Origin: Candidatus Binatia bacterium
Lineage (GTDB): Bacteria > Desulfobacterota > Binatia > UBA9968 > JAJDTQ01
Assembly (NCBI GenBank): GCA_963666515.2
Contig: OY762897.2
Span: forward strand, 1,216,001 to 1,280,000
Length of the DNA stretch: 64,000 nt
Direction: 5' to 3'
The notes below the pieces were generated by a model. It saw only the letters and a program-made list of their open reading frames with translations, did not search any database and had not been told where the DNA came from. This document shows, piece by piece, positions 26,508-35,962 of this stretch. The position numbers and the translations under genes are program-made. Within the stretch, counting starts at the first letter, position 1. Every line of letters begins with the position of its first letter.

Positions 26508-27068
26508 ATGATCAACGCGACGCAGCTTCGGAACGGCATGATCATCATCTACGAGGGAGACCTCTACCGGGTCACCGCTGTCAAGCACCTGACGCCCGGC
26601 AAGGGCCACGGCTTCATGCAGACGAAGCTCAAGAACCTGCGGACCGGGGTCGGCACCGAGCACAAGTTCCGCTCCGAGGAGAGGGTCGACCGGGCCACCC
26701 TGGAGAGCCGCGAGATGCAGTATCTCTACGCCGAGGACGACCGTCACACCTTCATGGACACGGAAAGCTACGAGCAGACCGAGCTTTCGTCCGACGACGT
26801 GGGGGACATCCTGCCGTTCCTCCTGCCGACCCAGGTGGTGACCGTGGAGCTGTTCGACGGCAGTCCGGTGGGGGTGAGCCTGGGTTCGGCGGTGGAGCTT
26901 GAAGTGGTGGAGACCGAGCCGTCCATGAAGGGAGCCACCGCGTCGGCCTCCTACAAGCCCGCCACGCTTGAAACCGGCGTGACGGTCCAGGTACCGCCGT
27001 TCATTCAGATCGGCGACCGGATTCGGGTGGATCCGTCAGAAGGAAAATATATCGAGCGGGCGAAGTAG
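26508..27068 (+). CDS. efp: Elongation factor P
   Basis: TPGKG, KPATLETG, VPPFI..GD.I.VD. Confidence 0.97.
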   Translation: MINATQLRNGMIIIYEGDLYRVTAVKHLTPGKGHGFMQTKLKNLRTGVGTEHKFRSEERVDRATLESREMQYLYAEDDRHTFMDTESYEQTELSSDDVGDILPFLLPTQVVTVELFDGSPVGVSLGSAVELEVVETEPSMKGATASASYKPATLETGVTVQVPPFIQIGDRIRVDPSEGKYIERAK

Positions 27069-27654
27069 CCGCGACGGCTTCCCACACCCTCGCCACCGTC
27101 CTTTCGAGGTCGGCGAGGGCGCCGTCGTTGTCGATGACGAAGTCGGCGAGCCGGCGTTTTTCCGCCAGCGGCATCTGCGCCTCGAGGTGCCGCTGGATCG
27201 CGGCGTCGTCGAGACCGTCCCGCCGGCGCAGCCGCTCCTCCTGGATGTCGCGCCGGCACGCCACCAGCATGACCGGACGCAGCCAGTGGTGGATCTTCGC
27301 CTCGAACAGCAGCGGCGCGTCGTAGATGACGAACTCGTGTTCCCGGGAGTGCTCGACGATGCGCTGTCTCGCCAGGGCGCGGATGCGCGGGTGGGTGATG
27401 GCGTCCAGGCGCTTGCGCCGGTCCGGGTCCTGGAAGATGACGCCGCGGATGTGCGCGCGGTCGAGGGTGCGGTCTTCCCGGAGCGCCTCCGGGCCGAACA
27501 GCTCGACGATCTCCCGCCAGGCCTCCCGGTCGGGCTCGACGATCTCCCGCGCCAGCCGGTCGGCGTCGACGATGGCGGCGCGGTCGCTCAGGATGGCCGA
27601 TACCGTGCTCTTGCCGGTGGCGATGCCTCCGGTCAAGCCGAGGACCTTGGCCAT
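27001..27654 (-). CDS. coaE: Dephospho-CoA kinase
   Basis: GLTGGIATGKSTV, VDAD, ITHP.I, PLLFE, ADFVIDNDG. Confidence 0.96.
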   Translation of the reverse strand: MAKVLGLTGGIATGKSTVSAILSDRAAIVDADRLAREIVEPDREAWREIVELFGPEALREDRTLDRAHIRGVIFQDPDRRKRLDAITHPRIRALARQRIVEHSREHEFVIYDAPLLFEAKIHHWLRPVMLVACRRDIQEERLRRRDGLDDAAIQRHLEAQMPLAEKRRLADFVIDNDGALADLERTVARVWEAVAATSPARYIFLLTDPPESGRRSE

Positions 27655-27766
27655 GTCACGCCTCGCGGGAGTCGGGTGTCCGGGACATCATGGGCTAATC
27701 TCGTAGCAAGTCCGGGATGCCGCGGCAACCGCGTCGAACGGGACGGAAACGGAGCGGGTGGACAGC

Positions 27767-28879
27767 ATGAAAGTGCCGCTGCTGGACCTGAAGGCCCAGT
27801 ATGAAAGCATCCGGGAGGAGATCGACGAGGCCGTCCTGAGGGTCTGCGCCTCCCAGCGCTTCATCCTGGGTCCGGAGGTGGCGGAGTTGGAGAACGAGGT
27901 CGCCGCCCGCACGGGCGCGCGGTTCGCCGTGGGGGTGTCGTCCGGCACCGACGCCTTGCTGGTGTCGTTGATGGCCCTGGGCATCGGACCCGGCCATGAA
28001 GTGATCACCTCCGCTTACTCGTTCTTCGCCAGCGCCGGCGTCATCGTGCGGCTGGGCGCGCGGCCGGTCTTCGTCGACATCGACCCGGACACGTTCAACA
28101 TGGATACGGCGGCGGTGGCGGCGCGCATGACCGAGCGCACCCGGGCCATCATGCCCGTCCACCTCTTCGGCCGCAGCATGGACCTGGACCCCATCCTGGA
28201 GCTGGCCGGGCAAGCGGGCGTCGCCGTAGTGGAGGACGCCGCGCAGTCCTTCGGCGCCGCCGATGCCCGGGGCAGGGCGGCGGGGACCGTGGGCGCCGCG
28301 GGCTGCTTCTCCTTCTATCCCAGCAAGAATCTCGGCGCCTTCGGCGACGGCGGCATGGTGGTCACCGGCGACGAGGAGCTGGCCGCGCGCATCCGCATGC
28401 TTCGGGTCCATGGGGAAGCGCCCAAATACCATCACCAGCTCGTCGGCGGGAACTTTCGCCTGGACAGCCTCCAGGCCGCGGTCCTGCGGGTGAAGCTCGG
28501 TCACATCGACGAATGGACCGAGGCGCGGCGCCGGGCCGCGCGGCGCTACCGGGAGCTTCTCGAAGACGAGGCGTCCGCGGAACGCCTGGTCCTCCCCCGG
28601 GACTGTCCCGGCCACGTCCACAACCAGTTCGTCATCCGCTCGCCGGAGCGCGACCGCCTGCGGGCCTTTCTGACCGACGGGGGCGTCGGCACGGAGGTCT
28701 ACTACCCGTTGCCGCTGCACCTTCAGGAATGTTTCGGCTCGCTGGGCTACGGCGCAGGGGACTTCCCGCACGCCGAGGCCGCGGCGCGGTCCTCGCTGGC
28801 CCTGCCCATCTATCCCGAGATCACGCTGTCCCAGCAGCAGCACGTCTGCGGGCAGATACATGGGTTCCTCGAAAGCTGA
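27767..28879 (+). CDS. DegT/DnrJ/EryC1/StrS PLP aminotransferase
   Basis: [36 protein letters not shown]. Confidence 0.95.
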   Translation: MKVPLLDLKAQYESIREEIDEAVLRVCASQRFILGPEVAELENEVAARTGARFAVGVSSGTDALLVSLMALGIGPGHEVITSAYSFFASAGVIVRLGARPVFVDIDPDTFNMDTAAVAARMTERTRAIMPVHLFGRSMDLDPILELAGQAGVAVVEDAAQSFGAADARGRAAGTVGAAGCFSFYPSKNLGAFGDGGMVVTGDEELAARIRMLRVHGEAPKYHHQLVGGNFRLDSLQAAVLRVKLGHIDEWTEARRRAARRYRELLEDEASAERLVLPRDCPGHVHNQFVIRSPERDRLRAFLTDGGVGTEVYYPLPLHLQECFGSLGYGAGDFPHAEAAARSSLALPIYPEITLSQQQHVCGQIHGFLES

Positions 28880-28912
28880 CGACCGATGAGTCCTTTGTGC
28901 TATAGTCCCGGC

Positions 28913-30724
28913 ATGGCCTATCGAAGTCTTGCGGATCTCTTTCTGTCCCACGCGGAGGCGCGGCAGGAGCGTGTGATGTACCGTTTCTGGCGCGACGGCC
29001 GCTGGTGCGACCAGACCTGGGCGGAGGCGGCCGCGGAGGTGGAGAGCATCGCCCTGGGACTCTTGGCTGCGGGCGTGCGCAAGGGCGACCGCGTGGCCGT
29101 GTTCGCCCCCAATCGCGTGGAGTGGTGCCTGCTGGACTGGGCGAACATCTGCATCGGCGCTCTGACCGTGCCCCTTTACGCCTCCAACACGCCGGCCCAG
29201 GTTCAATACATCGTGCGGCATTCCGAGGCCGCGGTGCTGGTGGTGGATTCCCGGGCCGCGCTGGAAGCGCTGGACGTCTCGTCGCCGGCGCTGGCGTCGG
29301 TCAGGACCAGGGTGCTGCTGGACGCGGAGGACGCGGGCGCGGAAGACGGCGAGGCGGTTCCGGGTACGGTGTCGCTGGAACGGATGAAGGCCATGGGGAG
29401 GGATTACGGCAAGGAGCATCCGGGGGCGTTCCGCGAGTCCGCGGCGGCGCTGGAGTCCGGGGACGATCTCACCATCATCTACACCTCCGGCACCACGGGC
29501 GAGCCCAAGGGCGTCGTCACCACCCACGGCCACTACCTTTTCGTCATTGCGGCGGCACTGGACGCCATTCCGTTCGGCGAGGACGCCGTGGCGCTTCAGT
29601 TCCTCCCCCTGGCTCATTCGTTCGGCCGCCTGGAGCATTTCGTGGCCGCGGCCCGGGGCTACCTGTGCGCGTTCGCCCGTTCCATCGAGACCCTTTCGGC
29701 GGACCTGCAGGCGGTCAGGCCGACCGTGCTGTTCTCGGTTCCCCGCGTGTACGAGAACGCCCACCGGCGCATCCTCAACCGGGTCGAGAGCGGCAGCCCC
29801 ATCCGCCAACGGCTGTTCCACTGGGCGGTGGGCGTGGGCAAGCAATACAGCGACCGGGCTCGCAGGGGCGAGAGCATCGGCTTGTGGCTGCGGTTGCGGC
29901 ATCGGCTGGCCGACCGCCTGGTGCTCTCCAAGGTCCGCGAGGGCATGGGGGGACGGCTGTGGCTGGCCATATCCGGCGGCGCGTCGCTCTCGGATCCCAT
30001 CGCCGATTTCTTCCAGGCCATGGGCATCTGGATCGTGGAAGGGTACGGGCTGACGGAGACTTCCACCGCGACTCACGTGAACCGGTTGGACCGCTACCGT
30101 GTGGGCACCGTGGGGCTGGCCCTGGAGGGGGTGGAGTGCCGCATCGCCGATGACGGCGAGATCCTGATCCGTGGCGCCAGCGTCATGAAGGGCTACTTCA
30201 AGGACCCGGCCGCGACCCGCGAGGCCATCGACGAGGACGGGTGGTTCCACACCGGTGACGTGGGCCAGATCGAGGACGGCGGGTTCCTGCGCATCACCGA
30301 CCGCAAGAAGGACCTCATCGTGACCTCCGGCGGCAAGAACGTGGCTCCGCAGATGATCGAGAACCATCTGCGGGAGGAACCGCTGATCAGCCAGGCCATG
30401 GTGTGGGGCGACAGGACCAGCCACCTGGTGGCGCTGGTCACGCTGGACCGCGACGAGGTCGCGCGCTGGGCGGAAAAGGAAGGGGTCGAGCTGGGGAGCG
30501 GGGAAGACGCGGCCGCGGACCCCCGGGTGGCCGACTGCCTGCGGCAGCGGATCCGCGAACGCAACCGGGAGCTGGCGCCTTTCGAGGCGGTCCGCGACTT
30601 CCGCATCCTGCCCGGGGACTTCTCCATCGACACGGGCGAACTGACCCCCAGCATGAAGCTGAAACGCCGGATCGTGCTGGAGCGCCACGGGGAACTGCTG
30701 GAGGAGATGCTGAAGCAGCGTTGA
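28913..30724 (+). CDS. Long-chain fatty acid-CoA ligase
   Basis: YTSGTTGEPKG, FLPLAH, GYGLTE, WFHTGD, ITDRKKD, LTPSMKLKR. Confidence 0.95.
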   Translation: MAYRSLADLFLSHAEARQERVMYRFWRDGRWCDQTWAEAAAEVESIALGLLAAGVRKGDRVAVFAPNRVEWCLLDWANICIGALTVPLYASNTPAQVQYIVRHSEAAVLVVDSRAALEALDVSSPALASVRTRVLLDAEDAGAEDGEAVPGTVSLERMKAMGRDYGKEHPGAFRESAAALESGDDLTIIYTSGTTGEPKGVVTTHGHYLFVIAAALDAIPFGEDAVALQFLPLAHSFGRLEHFVAAARGYLCAFARSIETLSADLQAVRPTVLFSVPRVYENAHRRILNRVESGSPIRQRLFHWAVGVGKQYSDRARRGESIGLWLRLRHRLADRLVLSKVREGMGGRLWLAISGGASLSDPIADFFQAMGIWIVEGYGLTETSTATHVNRLDRYRVGTVGLALEGVECRIADDGEILIRGASVMKGYFKDPAATREAIDEDGWFHTGDVGQIEDGGFLRITDRKKDLIVTSGGKNVAPQMIENHLREEPLISQAMVWGDRTSHLVALVTLDRDEVARWAEKEGVELGSGEDAAADPRVADCLRQRIRERNRELAPFEAVRDFRILPGDFSIDTGELTPSMKLKRRIVLERHGELLEEMLKQR

Positions 30725-30734
30725 GCGGGAAGGG

Positions 30735-30810
30735 TGGAGGCGGCGGGCGGATTCGAACCGCCGCATGGAGGTTTTGCAGACCTCTCCCTTAACCACTTGG
30801 GTACGCCGCC
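30735..30810 (-). tRNA. tRNA-Cys(GCA)
   Basis: GGCGGCG...GAGGT-CTGCAAA-ACCTC...TTCGAATCC...CGCCGCC-TCCA cloverleaf, CCA encoded. Confidence 0.97.
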
Positions 30811-31002
30811 CGGTAGAACCTTTGTGTCTAACACACACCGCCGTGGTTTTTCAAGCTGAGCCGGGACGTTGAAGTAACTTGAAAAATCAACTATTTTTGA
30901 CGTTCGAGAGGTAGTCACACCCGATCGGCGGGCGGCGCGGGGAGCTTTGCTCCTCATGGCGCGGCCGCGTCCGTCCCGGATTCGTTTCAGGAGCGTTCTG
31001 CC

Positions 31003-32370
31003 ATGGCCACCATGATAACCGAAGAGTGCATCAACTGCGGCGCTTGCGAACCGGAATGTCCCAACGAAGCCATCACCCAACAGGATGACCTGTACGTCAT
31101 CGACCCGGTGCTGTGCACTGAATGCGTCGGGTTTCACGACTACGAGGCGTGCGCCGCGGTCTGTCCGGTGGACTGCTGCGTGACGGATCCCAACAACGTC
31201 GAGCCCGAGGGCGTGCTCATCGACCGGGCGAGGGAGCTGCACCAGGACGTCGATTTCGGCGAGGTCTTCGAATCCCGTTTCCGTACGTCGGAGGGCGCGC
31301 CCGAAGCCGCGGAGGCCCCGGCCGCGCCGGCAGCCGCTCCGGTGGCGGAGGCCGCCAACGGCGCTGCCGTGCCCGCCCCGGCTCCCGCCGCTCCGATGGC
31401 GGCGCCGGCCGCACCGCCGCCGGTAGCCGCGGTCGCCGCCGCAGTAGAGGAGGAGCTCGAGGAAGAGGAGCCCCCGCGGGAGCCCAAGACGTTCCCCGGG
31501 CAGCTACCCATGGGCTTCGAGGACCTGGTTCAGCGGATACAGACCAGCGAATCGGGCCTGCTGCGCATGACGGTGCTCCTGCTTCAGCCGCTGCTCGGCG
31601 CCTTGCCACGGGCGTCGCGGGACGACTTGGCGGAATTGACCGGCCGCCCTTACTTCGTGGAGGGCGCGGCGGTCTCTCTCAACATGATCCTCAACATGAT
31701 CCTCTATCCGGTGGTGTTCATGGCCGCGGGCATCGGCGTGGAAGGACTGGGCCTGGCCTTCGACAAGGGCGTCAACCTGTACATCCTGGCAGGCTTCCTG
31801 GTGTCGCTGGCGGAGGTACTGTACCGGCTGCGCCATAGCGTCTTCCGCGCCGTGCCGGTGGAGCAGGTCGCGGTGAGCGCGGCCCTCTACGGCGTTCCGA
31901 TGGCGATCCTCCTGCGGCCGGTGTCGTCGCATCGGGGGAAGCTGCTGCGGAGGATTCCCGTGCCCGTCGAGGGGTTCTACGACTCCAGGTTCGTGGAGAA
32001 GGTGGAGCGCGAGCGGCGCTACGGCCACGCCTACACGGTGGAAGACCTGGGCAAGGCCTACCATCTCCGGCTGGAGTTCCCCACCCAGGTGCCGCGCCTG
32101 GGTATCGCCATCGGGTCGAAACTGCCCCAGCGCATGCCGGACTATGACTATGACCTGGCGTTGAAGGAAGGCCAGTTGATCGTCAGGGGCAGGCTGCTGG
32201 ATTCCCGCGTCCGCAAGATATCGTCGAGCATCGGCGCCTTCCCCCCGGAGTTCACCACGGTCATCCCGCTCCAGGACCGGGTCTATGGTTTCGCGCACGA
32301 CCTCCGCAGCAAGGTCCTCGACGTCCTCCTGCTCAAGGAGAGCGCGGCGAGGCTGGGCTGGATCACCTAG
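31003..32370 (+). CDS. YfhL-like 2x[4Fe-4S] ferredoxin fused to Ala/Pro linker, TM segments and a soluble C-terminal domain
   Basis: CINCGACEPECP and CTECVG.....CAAVCPVDCC; low-complexity linker; two hydrophobic stretches. Confidence 0.85.
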   Translation: MATMITEECINCGACEPECPNEAITQQDDLYVIDPVLCTECVGFHDYEACAAVCPVDCCVTDPNNVEPEGVLIDRARELHQDVDFGEVFESRFRTSEGAPEAAEAPAAPAAAPVAEAANGAAVPAPAPAAPMAAPAAPPPVAAVAAAVEEELEEEEPPREPKTFPGQLPMGFEDLVQRIQTSESGLLRMTVLLLQPLLGALPRASRDDLAELTGRPYFVEGAAVSLNMILNMILYPVVFMAAGIGVEGLGLAFDKGVNLYILAGFLVSLAEVLYRLRHSVFRAVPVEQVAVSAALYGVPMAILLRPVSSHRGKLLRRIPVPVEGFYDSRFVEKVERERRYGHAYTVEDLGKAYHLRLEFPTQVPRLGIAIGSKLPQRMPDYDYDLALKEGQLIVRGRLLDSRVRKISSSIGAFPPEFTTVIPLQDRVYGFAHDLRSKVLDVLLLKESAARLGWIT

Positions 32371-32410
32371 CGTCCCGGGACGTAGATCGCTAGTGCTGCG
32401 GGTTTCCTCA

Positions 32411-32869
32411 ATGTCCGTACAGGCCGGCGAAGAGCTGCACCTGCGGAGCATGACCATCGCCGACATCGACGACGCCATGGCCATCGAGACCGCGGCGTTC
32501 GGCAGTCCGTGGAGCCGGAAGTTCTTTCTCGAGGAGCTGCAGGCGGCGCGCGCCGGGTCCGTCCTGTGCCAGCGGGAAGGCAAGTCCATCGGCTACGTGA
32601 TCTACTGGGAGCTTCCTGACGAGTTGGACATCCACAACGTCGCGGTGCACCCGCGCTACTGGCGGCAGGGAGTCGCGCGAGCCATGCTCGAGGAGATCAT
32701 CGAGAACGCCACCAAGAGGGGCCTGCGGCGGATGACCCTGGAGGTCAGGAAGTCGAACGACGCCGCTCAAACCCTCTATCGGTCGCTCGGTTTCAGGGTA
32801 TGCGGCCTGCGCAAGGGCTACTACTCGGACAACGGCGAGGACGCCTGGCTCATGGAGCGGAAGCTCTGA
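32411..32869 (+). CDS. rimI: Ribosomal protein S18 alanine N-acetyltransferase
   Basis: F..PWS, NVAVHP..RQG, LEVRKSN..A..LY..LGF, RKGYY...EDA.LM. Confidence 0.92.
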   Translation: MSVQAGEELHLRSMTIADIDDAMAIETAAFGSPWSRKFFLEELQAARAGSVLCQREGKSIGYVIYWELPDELDIHNVAVHPRYWRQGVARAMLEEIIENATKRGLRRMTLEVRKSNDAAQTLYRSLGFRVCGLRKGYYSDNGEDAWLMERKL

Positions 32870-32966
32870 CCGTCCTGCTCCCGACCCCTTCAAAAATTAC
32901 TCGATACATTATATTTACATATATAATTACTTGAAATCAGGTAAGTATTTTGTGTCACGCTATTCC

Positions 32967-32997
32967 TTGACCCCTCCTCTCCGAAGGTGTATATAAT
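32967..32997 (+). promoter_or_regulatory. Sigma70 promoter of carD with AT-rich upstream tract
   Basis: TTGACC at 32967 and TATATAAT at 32990-32997; AT-rich 32890-32960. Confidence 0.6.
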
Positions 32998-33057
32998 AGG
33001 GAGCCATCGGTTCCTGTCCCTCTTCCGCACACGGTTCTGACGTTCAAGGAGGAAAGA

Positions 33058-33543
33058 ATGTTCAAGGTCGGTGAGAAGGTCGTCTATCCCGCACATGGAG
33101 TCGGTGAGATCGAAGCAGTAAGGATTCAGGTTATTTCCGGGACCGAGAAGAAGTTCTACATGCTGCGCATCCTCGACACGGACATGAAGATCATGGTGCC
33201 CGTGGACAATGCCATGGCCGTGGGATTGAGGAAGATCATCGACAAGACGACCGTCACACGCGTCTACCGGATCCTGCGCGAAAAGAAGAAGGCCCCGGTG
33301 GACCAGCAGACCTGGAACCGCCGGTATCGGGAGTACACCGAGAAGATCAAGACCGGCTCGGTCATCGAGATTGCCGCGGTGCTCCGGGACCTGTTCCTCC
33401 TCAAGAGCGACAAGGAGCTTTCGTTCGGCGAGCGCAAGGTGCTGGACACCGCAAGGAACCTGCTGGTCAAGGAGCTGTCCATCGCCCGGTCGCACACCGA
33501 GGAAAAGATCATGGAGGAGCTGAGCCACATCTTCACGCAATAG
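33058..33543 (+). CDS. carD: CarD/CdnL RNA polymerase-binding regulator
   Basis: FKVGEKVVYPAHGVG, WNRRYR, KIKTG, LSFGE. Confidence 0.96.
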   Translation: MFKVGEKVVYPAHGVGEIEAVRIQVISGTEKKFYMLRILDTDMKIMVPVDNAMAVGLRKIIDKTTVTRVYRILREKKKAPVDQQTWNRRYREYTEKIKTGSVIEIAAVLRDLFLLKSDKELSFGERKVLDTARNLLVKELSIARSHTEEKIMEELSHIFTQ

Positions 33544-33564
33544 CGGAGGCTTGCGGTTGCGACG

Positions 33565-33599
33565 AAAGAGCTGAGGGGAATCCCTTCAGCTCTTTTTTT
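33565..33599 (+). terminator. Rho-independent terminator after carD
   Basis: AAAGAGCTGAGGG-GAAT-CCCTTCAGCTC followed by T7. Confidence 0.88.
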
Positions 33600-33617
33600 G
33601 TCGCGGGAGGGTTTCTC

Positions 33618-34307
33618 TTGCGAGTCAATGCCATCATCCTGGCCGCGGGCCGGGGGACCCGGATGGGAGACCAGGGGTCGAAGGTCCTGTTGAAGCTGTC
33701 CGGACGGCCGCTGATCCTGCACACCCTCGACCGCTTCGGGAGGTCGCGGGAGGTCGGCCGTGCCGTGCTCGTGGTGCCGCCCGATGAGGTGACGGGATAC
33801 GAAGAGCTGCTGCGCGCGGCGCCCTTGCCGGGGCTGGAGGTCGGGATCGCGCGGGGAGGGTCCCGCCGGCAGGATTCCGTCCGCGCGGGCCTCGACGCGC
33901 TGGACTCCGACTGCGAGTTCGTGGTCGTCCATGATGGAGCGCGGCCCTTTGCGGCGCCCGACCTCATCGACCGCTGCGTCCGGGAATCGCGCCGGAACCG
34001 CTCGGTGACCGCGGCGGTGCCGGCCCGCAACACCATCAAGACCGTGTTCGACGGACAGGTGAAGGAGACGCTCGTCCGCAGCCACCTGTGGGAGACACAG
34101 ACCCCCCAGGCGTTTCCGGTGCGGGTGCTCCGGGACGCCTACGAACGCGCCGGCAGGGAAGGGGTGGAGGCCACCGACGACGCCATGCTGGTGGAGCGCA
34201 TGGGAGTGTCGGTGCGGGTGGTGGAGGGAAGCACGGTCAACCTCAAGGTCACCTATCCCGAGGACATGCTGTTCGCCGAGGCTCTCGTCAGTCGAGGGAT
34301 GGTTTGA
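33618..34307 (+). CDS. ispD: 2-C-methyl-D-erythritol 4-phosphate cytidylyltransferase
   Basis: LAAGRGTRMG, GG.RRQDSV, VHDGARP, QTPQAF, TDDA, NLKVTYPED. Confidence 0.96.
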   Translation: MRVNAIILAAGRGTRMGDQGSKVLLKLSGRPLILHTLDRFGRSREVGRAVLVVPPDEVTGYEELLRAAPLPGLEVGIARGGSRRQDSVRAGLDALDSDCEFVVVHDGARPFAAPDLIDRCVRESRRNRSVTAAVPARNTIKTVFDGQVKETLVRSHLWETQTPQAFPVRVLRDAYERAGREGVEATDDAMLVERMGVSVRVVEGSTVNLKVTYPEDMLFAEALVSRGMV

Positions 34308-34333
34308 GACGCCGGCGGGCGCGGTTGCGGGGA

Positions 34334-34411
34334 TGGCGTCCCCGACGGGATTTGAACCCGTGTTGCCGGCGTGAAAGGCCGGTGTCCTGGGCCAGGCTAG
34401 ACGACGGGGAC
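34334..34411 (-). tRNA. tRNA-Glu(TTC)
   Basis: GTCCCCG...CCGGC-CTTTCAC-GCCGG...TTCAAATCC...CGGGGAC-GCCA. Confidence 0.97.
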
Positions 34412-34484
34412 CGCTCGGATCGGAGAACCTGAACGAATAACAGAAAACCGGAGGCTTGGAAAGCTCCGGCGCGCCGCTACGCCG

Positions 34485-35405
34485 CTAGACCCGCGTGCTG
34501 AGATACCGTTCGCCGCTGTCGCAAAGCATCGTGACCACCCGGTGGCCCTTGCCCATGGCCTTGGCCACCTGCATGGCGGCGAAGCAGTTGGCGCCGGACG
34601 AGATGCCGACGAAGACGCCTTCCTCCACCGCCAGCCGGTGCGTGGTGGCCGCGGCGTCCTCGTCGCTCACGGTGATGACCTCGTCGTAGATCCGGGTGTT
34701 GAGAATGGGGGGTACGAAACCCGCGCCGATTCCCTGGATCTTGTGGTAGCCGGGCTCTCCATCGGACAGCACGGGCGAGGCCGCGGGCTCGACGGCGTAT
34801 ATCCTCACGGCGGGGAACCTGTCCCGGAGCACCTCGCCCACTCCGGTGATGGTGCCCCCGGTGCCGACGCCGCTGACGAACGCGTCCACGTGCCCGAGCT
34901 GGCTCAGCAGCTCCACCGCGGTGGTCTCCCGGTGGGCCGCCGGATTGGCGGGATTGGTGAACTGTTGCGGCATGAAGAAGTCCGGATGCTCGTTGGCCAG
35001 CTCCTCGGCCCTGCGAATGGCTCCCCCCATTCCCTTGGTGTCGGGGGTCAGGATCAGGCGCGCGCCGTAGGCGACCAGGAGATTGCGTCTCTCCTCGCTC
35101 ATGGTATCAGGCATCGTCAGGATCAGGCGATACCCCTTCACAGCGGCCACCAGGGCCAGGCCGATGCCGGTGTTGCCGCTGGTGGGCTCCACGATGGTGC
35201 CTCCGGGCTTCAGCAGGCCCTTGCGCTCGCCGTCCTCGATCATGCTGCGGCAGATGCGGTCCTTGACCGAGCCGCCGGGATTGAGCGACTCGAGCTTGCC
35301 CCAGACCTCGGCGTCCTCCTTGCCCGGCAGCTTCGTCAGACGCACGACGGGGGTGGAGCCGATGAGGTCGAGCACGGACCTTGCACACGTGGAGGTTGTC
35401 GCCAT
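34485..35405 (-). CDS. cysK: Cysteine synthase A
   Basis: NPGGSVKDR, EPTSGNTG, GTGGT, HKIQGIG, GISSGA, DSGERYLS. Confidence 0.96.
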   Translation of the reverse strand: MATTSTCARSVLDLIGSTPVVRLTKLPGKEDAEVWGKLESLNPGGSVKDRICRSMIEDGERKGLLKPGGTIVEPTSGNTGIGLALVAAVKGYRLILTMPDTMSEERRNLLVAYGARLILTPDTKGMGGAIRRAEELANEHPDFFMPQQFTNPANPAAHRETTAVELLSQLGHVDAFVSGVGTGGTITGVGEVLRDRFPAVRIYAVEPAASPVLSDGEPGYHKIQGIGAGFVPPILNTRIYDEVITVSDEDAAATTHRLAVEEGVFVGISSGANCFAAMQVAKAMGKGHRVVTMLCDSGERYLSTRV

Positions 35406-35437
35406 GGGGTTGGAGGTGAGAATGGAACGCGCCCGGT

Positions 35438-35509
35438 ATGATAGAGTCCGCCCGGATCAAAGTCAATGCGCGCGCTTTCCTTGACACCTCGTCCGGGCGA
35501 ATCAATAAT
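35438..35509. promoter_or_regulatory. Back-to-back sigma70 promoters for cysK and the DUF1844 operon
   Basis: Minus: TTGACT-17-TATCAT (35466-35438). Plus: TTGACA-17-AATAAT (35481-35509). Confidence 0.7.
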
Positions 35510-35545
35510 GGTGGAATAGCGTAGATCAGGCCGAGGAGAGCTTCC

Positions 35546-35962
35546 ATGAGCGAGGAAACCGACGCCCCTAAGGGGTTCAAGGTGCACGACAAACGCCGCT
35601 TCACCGACGAGGGCGAAGCGCGCGAGGAGCCGGCGGGCGGGGAGGAGCCGGCGTCCGAACCCGCGCCCGACCCGGAGCCGGGTCCTGAGCCGGAAGACCG
35701 CGTGGAGGAGCTTCCATCCATCAACTTCTCCACCTTCATCATCAGCTTGAGCACCCAGGCGCTGATGCATCTCGGAGAGATGATCAATCCGGTCACCGGC
35801 AAGGTGGAGAAGGACGTGGCCGTGGCCAAGCAGACCATCGACATCATCGGCATGCTCGGCGAGAAGAGCAAGGGAAATCTCGACGAGACCGAGGAACAGC
35901 TCGTTCAGGAAGTCCTGTACAACCTCAGGATGAAATACGTGGAGGCCGTTCGGACGACATGA
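35546..35962 (+). CDS. DUF1844 family protein
   Basis: GFKVHDKRRF, F..FI.SL...A...LG...NP, AKQTID....L.EK.KGNL, L..LR..YV. Confidence 0.88.
   Translation: MSEETDAPKGFKVHDKRRFTDEGEAREEPAGGEEPASEPAPDPEPGPEPEDRVEELPSINFSTFIISLSTQALMHLGEMINPVTGKVEKDVAVAKQTIDIIGMLGEKSKGNLDETEEQLVQEVLYNLRMKYVEAVRTT

Noticed and set aside
32885-32965. Replication origin in the AT-rich tract
   Set aside because: No clustered DnaA boxes; better explained as the carD promoter upstream region.
30735-34411. Island integrated at tRNA-Cys or tRNA-Glu
   Set aside because: Both 3' ends abut housekeeping genes; no integrase or duplicated tRNA tail was seen.
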